Notes under the pieces: generated by a model
Told to the model about the DNA's origin: nothing
Seen by the model: only the letters and a program-made list of their open reading frames with translations
Databases searched by the model: none
In this document: in pieces, positions 54,326-64,000 of the stretch
Layout: every line of letters begins with the position of its first letter
How positions within the stretch are numbered: the stretch's first letter is position 1
Assembly: GCA_050613775.1 (NCBI GenBank)
Contig: JBODTK010000014.1
Span: 1 to 64,000 of the forward strand
DNA: 64,000 nucleotides
Direction of reading: 5' to 3'
Source of the DNA: Neocallimastix sp. 'constans'
Lineage: Eukaryota
Position numbers and translations under genes: made by a program

Positions 54326-55543
54326 TATTAACTCTGGTTGATGATACTTCCGACACTTATTTTGAAGAAAATGTCAGTGAAAATAGGATACAATTGGATG
54401 CATTTGGTGAAGGAATACTTAAATTAATAGTAAACCCAATGGATTTGACTTAGAAATTTGATTTCATTACTTTAATCATTAAAGAAAATATATAATTTAA
54501 TATGAAATGATGATAAAAAAATTTTTAATAAAAGATATTACACCACAAAATAATAAAAATAATAGCAATGATTAACAAAACAATATAAATAAAAATAATG
54601 ATGGAAAAAATGAGAAAATAATATTATTTTATGGATATTAATGAAGATAATAATACGAATACTAATTTATCTAAATATAACAATATTACTGATATTGCTA
54701 TATTTAGAAAGCAATCAAGATAATAATATTAGAAATACAAATTATTTAAATAATTTAAATAACAAATATATTAATGTAAACGTTGATGATAAACAATTGA
54801 ATAATTCAGCAAACTAATAATATTAAAAATAATAATGATATTCCAAAAAAATAATAATGATATTTCGAAGTTAAATAAAGAAGTTATTAATGAAACAGAA
54901 AAATTATTCAAAAAAAAAAAAAAAAAAAAAATTTCTAATTACCAAAAATATTAATTTAATTAAATTTGATGATATTCAAGAACTAGATCCTCCACTTAGT
55001 TTCAAAAATATTTATAATAGACCTGAGGAAGAAGAGTGGTTGAAAGCTGTTGATGAAGAATTAAATAATATGAAAATAAAAAAATATATATATATAATAT
55101 ATATCCCTGATGATAAAAATATAATTTCTAGTAGATGGGATTTTTAGTTATAAGAGAGAGAGGATAAAAAAAAAATAATTAAATATCAAGTAAGATTAGT
55201 TGCCCGTTATTTTTTATCAAGTATATGATGTTGAGTATGAAGAAATTTTTTTTTCCCAACTTTAAAACAAAATTAACTCAGGATAATCACAAATCTTTCA
55301 GTATATAATACTTTTGGATATGTACCAACTTAGACCTTTAAGAGAGCATATCCCAACGATGAAATTGATGAAAAATTATATATGGAAATTCCTGATGCTT
55401 TTTAGAAATTGGAAATTAAACAGGATAATATATGGTTTGAAAAGAAACAGGAGGAATATGGAAAAATAAAATAAATAATATATTATTAAAATTATAACTA
55501 AATTTTACAAGATCAAAAAGTGAACCATGTGTTTAACTATAAG

Positions 55544-55584
<41 letters not shown>

Positions 55585-56000
55585 TAATCTCTATATTTTA
55601 GCAATATATGTTGATGATATAATAATATCAGGAAAGAAAAATGAAATTAATGTTGTTAACACAAAAATTGAAAAAAAAAAAAGTATTCGAATTAAGTGAT
55701 ATTGGACCAGTGAATTTCATAATAGGAATAAAATTAATTAAAAAAAATGAAGATATAATAATTCATCAACTACAATATTTTAAATAAAATTTTATAAAAT
55801 TTTAAAATAGAAAAATATAATAAAATATCTAAAGTTCAACCAACGGTAAAAATGAAAAATTAAGGAAAAAGAAAATTCAACCTAACTAAATATACTAAAT
55901 ATAATGGCAAGTAGTAGGTAGCCTATTATATTAAGCAATGAGTACTAAACCTGATATTCTATTTGCAACTAGAAAAGTTTAAAGGAAAAACAAAACAAAA

Positions 56001-56036
<36 letters not shown>

Positions 56037-56591
56037 ACTTATGAGGATTGGCTAAATGATATTGAAAATTTTTAGATAGTTAAAAAGATACACATAATTT
56101 TGGATTAAAATTCACTAATAGTATAAATATAAATGTATATATTACGTATTCAAAGCTTCAACATTGTGTTTCAATATCAACAGCTAAAAAAGGTGAATAT
56201 TATAGTTTGAATGAATGAGCATTAAAATGCATGTGGCTATAGAAATTCATAAAAGATTTTATAAATATAAATGCAAACAATGATTAAAAAATTAAAATAG
56301 ATAATAAAAAGGCAATTTATAATAGTGAAAATGAGATAATAAATCCAAAATCAGGGCATTTTAGCTTAAGATATCATAAAGTTAGAGAATTATTAAATGA
56401 AAAAAAATGAAAAGGAAATTGAATTAGTGAGTGAATAAAAAGTATTTTAAATAAATTAGATTATATATAAAATATATATTATATATGTTATATTAGTTTT
56501 CATATGGAAATGAATGAGAAAAGAAATTTAATATAAGAAAAGTGTAAAAATATAGAATTAAAAATTAAATATAGTGATTTTTTTTATAACA
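53695..56591 (+). mobile_element. Heavily decayed Ty1/copia element B (left boundary approximate)
   Basis: Diverged LTRs at ~53757-53916 and ~56427-56591, both ending ttttataaca. PBS gattaagag at 53917. RT fragments EEWLKAVDEELNNMK, IISSRW, RLVAR and AIYVDDIII; RNase H fragments CVSIST, EYYSLNE and NPKSGHFSLRYHKVRE. Confidence 0.85.
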
Positions 56592-56989
56592 AATATCTAT
56601 TTATTTATTATTAATATGTAATTAACAAATAATATTAAAAATAAATTAGTTTATTAATTATTAATTGATTGAAATAGTATTTTATTAACAAAATACATAT
56701 AAATACTGTTTTTTTTTTAAAATACTAATAAGAAATGAGTAGAATGATTATAAATAATAATAAATTTAAAAAAAAAAAAAATTGAAATTAAATATTGAAA
56801 GAATTATTTAATTATAATATTCATTCATCTATATATTTTTAATATTTATTTACATTATTTATTTACATTTTTATTTACATTATTTATTTTATTTATTTAT
56901 TTATTTATAAATGGGTAACTTAATATAATAATGCGTAATTTAAAGTATTAAAAACTAAAAAATGAATCATCAAATTTGAAAAAATTTTT

Positions 56990-57035
<46 letters not shown>

Positions 57036-57344
57036 ATAACATCTAAATATATATTTAATACTGGATAAATTAAGTTTAATATTAAATTTTTGAAAAACCA
57101 AATTCAAAACCAAATTATTATTATTTTTTTTTATATGATTTTTTAAATTTTCATTAATGAATAATGAATAAATGTGTATATTCATGTATTAAAGAATAAA
57201 TTAATATAAATCCTATAATAGTTTTTTTGATTTTAAAATTTAAATACATATAAAATGTAAAATTTTTAAAATCTAATTTTTAAATCTTTATATATAGAAG
57301 GATTAAAAAAATTAAATTAAATTAGAGTTTGTATTATTAATTCT

Positions 57345-60231
57345 TGTTGAAAGTGACTGACGTATTATTTATTAAAAATATATTAAAGATGATACTTTAA
57401 AAAATATTAATTACACGTTATTATATTATACATAAACATATATTTTATAAATATCATATGATTAATGATATGCCACTAACGCGTATTCTAGCTCTTATAT
57501 TTATGTTATTATATTTAATATTGTAACTTTATGCATTAATTTTAATTTATTATTAAACTTAATTTCTAACATTCCTCTGTTAAGTTTAATATTCTTACAG
57601 TTTACAAAGCAAAGAATCTCTAAACCTTCTTATGAGAATACCATTAAGATATTTTGTAAGCCCATCTGCTAAGCTATTTTGGGATTTTATATATATTTAA
57701 TTCTATCTTGTCTTCTTTTATGAATTCCCTTATTTTATGATATTTTAAATCGATGTGCCTGGACTTTGGATTTATTGTCTCACTCTCATTATCATATATA
57801 GCTGCTTTATTATCAATGTATATTATAATGCAATTTACTTTTATACCTAATTCATTTAAAAAGTTTCTTATCCACATACATTTTAAAGCATATTCATTTA
57901 AATTGTAGCATTCGCTCTCAGTGGTAGATATAGATATAGCTGCAGGGTGTTGAAATTTAGAATACCAAGTAATTGGAGCTGATCCCATAAAGATAATAAA
58001 GCCAGTAGTGGATCTTCTTGTTTCTTTATCCCATCCTAACATATACTTTTAAATTAATATCCTTATTAAATATTATACCATAATATCTTGTACCTTTCAA
58101 ATATCTGAATATATTAATAACGTTTATCCAATCTTCGTAAGTAGGATTCTGATCTGTTTTTTTCTTGAAGCTTTATTTGTAGCATACATTATATCAGGTC
58201 TAGTTTCCTTAGCTAAATATAAAAGAAAACCAACTGTTTGCATATAAGTAGTCTTATTAAATTTTTTTTTTCTACATTCCTTATCTTCGGTATATATCAT
58301 ATTTGAAATTTTATGATACTTATTAATATTAAATCTATCTAAAATATCATCTACATATGATAATTGATGTATGATATAACCGTCTAAATTCTAGTTGTAA
58401 TCATGAAATCCACATTTCCTATATCACTTTGATTGAATTTATTTTTTAATTTGAGATTTAATTTTATCTACAATTATTCTTTTACTAGCAATTAATGTAT
58501 TATTTACATATATAGCAACTATGCAAATAGCATGATCATACTTATCTTTTAGAATATTAACACAAAGTTCACTTTTTAGCCTTTTAAAACCTATTTCGGT
58601 GAATACACTATCTAATTTATTATTCCACATACGGCCTACCAGTTTCAAACCATAGATCGTCTTCTTTAATTTCAAAAAACCTTTACCATAATCGTCACAG
58701 CTTTCAGGAATATCCATGTATAGTTCTTCTTCAAGGTCAACATTTAAATAAGCTGCCTTTATATCTATTTCTATTTTTCGTTGTTTTCAATTAAATTATT
58801 TTGATTATTTTGATTTAAATTTTGATTTGTATCATTAGAATTATTTGAATTATTTTAACTTATTTTCAATTGATTATTAATATTATTATTTTTGGCTTTC
58901 TTTATTTAAACTATTTAAATTATTATGTGGATTATTTTGATTCATATTTAAATTTGTTTTATTTATATTTAAAATATTTTTGATCGAAATTATTTTTTAA
59001 ATGATTTTGATTTTTAGAATATTACTTAAAACTATTATCAGAACCATTTAAATTTGAAATAACATAGATTAATATTATTAAAATTATAATCGTTTGGAAT
59101 ATGTTACTTTTCAAAAATTGTTGTAATTATTTATTTAAGTAACTATTTTGTAAATCAGGTATAATACAGTGAAAATTATTATAATAATATGAGGAACCAA
59201 AAATTATATTGATTAGGGTTAGGGTAATATGAAAAATTTTTGGTGATTATTATTATTATAATCAACTTTTTTATTATATATAAGTTTATAAGGAACTTTA
59301 TTATTTATATCTCTGTGTGGCTTCCTATTATGAATATAATTGGTAGTGGTAATAACATCTTCCATTATAGCTCTGGAATTTGGAAGCAAAGATCCATATA
59401 AACGTTTTATTCTACCATTTTGTTGAGGTTCATAAGGTACAAAGAAGTCATGGTATATATCATTTTCCAATTTCGTACAATTATCCGTACGTAAATATTT
59501 AATTGATATGCTAAAAAAATAATTTTAATGATGGTATATCAAGAAAGAAAGAAAAGCATTAAACACTTGATCCTTAGACTTAATAAAAAAGAATCCAGCC
59601 AAATCTTGTAGAATCATCATGAATAGAAATAAAATATTTACTACCATAAAGAGAAGAATTATTAATAGAAACAGTATCCATATGGATCAATTCAAATGGT
59701 TTACTTGCTCTACTATCAGATAACTTATGTGGAAAATTCTTAAGTTTAGTTCGAGCATAAATCTTACACTGACATTTAATATCAATCTTACTTAGGGTAT
59801 TTCTAAGAGGTCCTAAATTATAATGTGCTAAACGTCTACGCCAGATGTGTAAGTTATCATTTTCATTAGATGAAAGACTATATAAAATAAATAAGAATTT
59901 AAAATTTTTATTTATTTTTATTTTATTTTATTTTTATTATCTTAATCCACTTGAGTTACTGAGACTCTTTATTGAAAGTGACATATTATTTATTAAAAAT
60001 ATATTAAAGATGATACATTAAAAATATTAAATTACACATTATTTTATATTATACATAAACATATATTTTATTTATATCATATGATTAATGATACCCCATT
60101 AATATCCACTAATATGCTAGCTCTTATATTTATGTTATTATATTTAATATTATAACTGTATACTTTAATTTTAATTTATTATACATTTATTCTTTATTAT
60201 ATTTATGTAATATTAAACTTAATTTCTAACA
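57345..60231 (-). mobile_element. Internally deleted Ty1/copia element C with both LTRs and TSD
   Basis: LTRs at 57345-57571 and 59970-60231 (tgttg/tattg...ctaaca). TSD ATTCT at 57340-57344 and 60232-60236. Fragments HIWRRRLAH, KPFELIHMD, PYEPQQNG, LKKTIYGLK, RRSTTG and KSRHIDLKYHKIRE. gag and protease are missing. Confidence 0.93.
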
Positions 60232-60533
60232 ATTCTTTTATTTAGAAAATAAATTGAAATAAAAATAAAAACAATAAAAATAAAAAAAAAAAAATATAAT
60301 ACATATAGCAAATACTGTATTAAAATTTATAAATCCATGTATATATTATTATTAGAAATAATAATGATAATAAATTCTGATTTTTTTTTTTATTTAAAAA
60401 ATGACTTTCACATTTTTTTTTTAATTTTTATCAAACTTTAAAGTATTGTCAATCCAAAATTTAATTTAATTTATTTTTATTTTTATTTTTTTTCCTAAAG
60501 TTATTTATTGTATATAAAAATTGATTCTGATAT

Positions 60534-60574
<41 letters not shown>

Positions 60575-61643
60575 TTTTTTGTAATTTTTATTTATCTTCA
60601 AAGAATTGTCAATATAATATTAAAGAAAGATCTATTAATAGATTCTCTAATATTATTATACCTTCAGATATAATAATTAATAACTGATTTTTCCATATAT
60701 TAAAATATTATTATAATAAATAAACTTTATAATATAATTATAATTAAAAAGTAAATAGCTTTCATCTTTTTTTTTCATTTTTGCTTTTTTTTTTTTAAAC
60801 TTTAAAATAATCTTTCAAAAGCTTTTTTTTTTCTAATTTTTTTTTTCTTTTTTGTTTTATGGAATGATATTATATTATTATTAAAATTTATTATTAAATT
60901 ATAATTCAATTATTAAAAATTTTATTATAAATGTTTATTATTATAAAATTAAACAAAAATTAATTACAGTTTCAATGAATATTATTGGTTATTTTTTTAT
61001 TTATTTTTTTTTACTATTTTTTTTTTTTTTTTTAAAAAAAAAAAGGTGATTTAAGGAATTCAATAGTATTATTATTATAATTATTATTGTCTAATAATGA
61101 TTTTAATAATTAAACATAATTATTTATATGTAAATTTTTTTTTATGTTTTGATTCAGCATATTATCAAAATAAATATATAAATATGCATATATTTTTAAT
61201 TAAAAAGTAAAATAAAGTTTCAATATTTAAACACTCTAAAAATACATACGTTAAGAAAATGAATAAAAATATCACTATAATATACTAAATTTAATAATTA
61301 TAAAATGTTTATTGAATTTATATTTTGTTATTTATATTTATATGAAAGGAAGATAATTAATATCAAAGATTATATCACTTTTATATACAAATTTTTTATA
61401 TTTTTAATAATATATATTAACACCAATAATAATATAATCATTTTTATTTTTTAAGACTATAACAAATATTTATTAAATATTATTTAGAAATAATATTATA
61501 ATATAATATTTTTAAAATGACATTATTTCTTTATTAAAAATAATAATATTTATTAATTAGTATTAATAAAAAGTGTTTTTTTTTTATTAAAATTTAAAAA
61601 AAATATTAAATAGTAATTAGCTATTTAGTTAAGAATATTGAAT

Positions 61644-61741
61644 AAAAAAAATATTATAATTATCATTAATATAGAACAAGACTTTTTTATATTTTTAAAA
61701 AAGTCTTGTTCTAAATTAATGATAATTATAATATTTTTTTT
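61644..61741. repeat. Long inverted repeat, 45-bp arms (1 mismatch), 8-nt loop
   Basis: aaaaaaaatattataattatcattaatAtagaacaagactttttt / aaaaaagtcttgttctaAattaatgataattataatatttttttt. Confidence 0.88.
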
Positions 61742-63377
61742 TTTAATTAATTTTAAAATTGACAAATTCAAAATTTAAAGTTAATATAAAAAATATATTA
61801 TAATATACAATTAATTTAATTTATTATATAGTACAATATAATCAACATATTAACTATTATGTATGATCATTTATATAATTAGATATATAATATGAATTTA
61901 TTATTAATTTCAATTTAAGCGATCATATTCTATTATTATTAATTTTATACTTTTCTATTCTATTATTATTATTTCATACTATTATTATTAATTATTAATT
62001 ATTAATTATTAATTTATTTTATTTATTCTTTCTATATAATTTTAATAATTAATATTGTGGAGCATATTGTTATCCGTATATCCAATAATATGATGACATA
62101 AGAGACCTTATTAAATATTTTTTTATTTTTATTTTTTTTTTTTTTTTATATATATATTTATATGAAAAGTTCCCAAATAACCTTAAAAATATAATTAATG
62201 CAATAACAGATAATTAATATAATTAATTTGAATTTAGTTCAATGGCTAAACTAATTCCTTTCAAATTAACGCAGAATATTGAATAATTATTATGCATATC
62301 TACACATAATATTTATAAAAAAAAAAAAAAAAAAGATTAATTCATTTAATAATCATGTGATAATGATATTAATATTAATAATGAATATAATAATAATAAT
62401 AATTAATATATTATAAAATTTTTATATATTTAAATATTTAAATATTTATAAATTTTTTATTTCACCATTACTATAAATGTTAGTTTCACTATAGGTTATA
62501 AAAAGTAGTATGATACAGTATAATAGAATTAGCTATAATTTATTTTATTTAATTATTTATTATTAAAATATTTCAGTATTAATAATATAATAAAAGTAGA
62601 TAGATATATAAGTGAATATATTAATAAATTAATAAATACATAAATTAATAAATTAAAAAATATATAAATAAATATATAAATAAATACATAAATCATTTCT
62701 TTTCAATTTTTATAATTAAAGTATTTTAATTAATATATATTATTCCAAATAGAATTAAATATATATTCAAATATATTTTAATATATTATTTAAATTAAAT
62801 ATAAAATAAAAAGATGTTTTAGTTTTGTAACTTTTTTTTTTTCTTTTTTTTTTATCAAAGACTTAACAAAAAATTTAAAAAAAAGTATTAAATTTACAAT
62901 AATATCTAATTTTTAATATTTAATTTTTATTTTTATTTTATTTTTTTCTATTCTAAATTTTTCAGATGTTAATATTTAATTATTAAGTTAAAATTCTGAA
63001 AAGAAAAAAAAAAAAATAGGATAAAAATAAAAAAGGAAGTTAAAAGTTCTCTTCATCTAAATAAAAAGATTCTATAAAATATTTTTTTTAAATTTTATTA
63101 CTATTATTTTCAACATTTTTTTTTTTTTTAAGCAAAATTAAAAAAAAAAAAAAGTTACTATTGATATTTTTATCAATTTTTATCATTAAAATAAATTATT
63201 ATTAATTCACATAAATATTTTATTTCAATTTTAATTTTAATAAAATTTAAAAAAAGATCATATATTATCAAATCGAATAATATATTAAAGTTATAATATA
63301 TATATTTTTTTATACTCAGTTTTTTTTAACACAATATCAATTATAATTTTTATATTTGAATAAAGACTTTACAATAT

Positions 63378-63424
<47 letters not shown>

Positions 63425-63599
63425 GAAAAGAAAAAACTTTTATAATTTTATAAATTATTATTGTTAATTTAATATTTTTTTAAAAAATTAAAACATCAGT
63501 TTATCAAGTAGGATATTTAAATAATAATAAAAAGAATCTTTTATAATATTTTCCTTTGAATATAAATTTATATATAAAAATAAAATAATATAAAACAAA

Positions 63600-63948
63600 A
63601 TGTATCAAAATATTATTATAATAGCGATTTCTTTATTAGCTGATTTCTATTACTACTTTACATATACTAATAAATTAGTTAGTGATTTTTATAAAGTATA
63701 TGTAAAAGATAGTGAAAAAGTATTTGTAAAAAAGTGTACTTTAAAAAATGATAAAGATGAAGAAGTGGAGACTGAATTATATATTGATTCTGTTAATGAA
63801 ACAGAAACATTGTTAAAAATATCAGAAGGTAGTACTCCTTCCACTTCAAATAATAATAATAAGAGAAAATATAATTCAGCTGAAATTATGACTTTATTAT
63901 GGTATGGTAATGGTGATTTAATTAAAAATGGAAAATGTTTTAATAAAG
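63600..63948 (+). CDS. First exon of an unknown protein with hydrophobic N-terminus; gene continues beyond window
   Basis: ATG in aaaaATG context, coding-like composition and a probable donor gtatat at 63949. Confidence 0.6.
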
Positions 63949-64000
63949 GTATATATTATATACAAATTATATATATGTATGAATATTTGTAAAAAAATTA

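Overview
Extremely AT-rich, intron-containing eukaryotic DNA with Asn-rich proteins and long A/T homopolymers, most consistent with an anaerobic gut fungus (Neocallimastigomycota; inference). Host genes: two tandem NFX1/FAP1-type zinc-finger paralogues (minus), an elongator tRNA-Met, a 5-exon thioredoxin, a 6-exon CHD1 remodeller, a 4-exon GYPPQ-repeat two-EF-hand protein and a partial unknown gene at the right edge. An accessory block at ~15-36 kb holds four main items: (i) a 970-bp Mutator-like TIR element with a 9-bp TSD carrying a small secreted Cys-rich protein ORF; (ii) a ~1650-codon intronless secreted-protein pseudogene, interrupted by (iii) a 444-bp tRNA-headed SINE with encoded CCA, a 13-bp TSD and no poly-A tail; (iv) a young Ty3/gypsy chromovirus with a Tf1-type self-priming PBS, nested in a decayed Copia element. 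It also contains rearranged Ty3/gypsy debris. Two more decayed Copia elements lie at 53.7-60.2 kb, and all three Copia PBSs match the anticodon arm of tRNA-Lys. Gene models and alignments were read by eye; no database searches were run.
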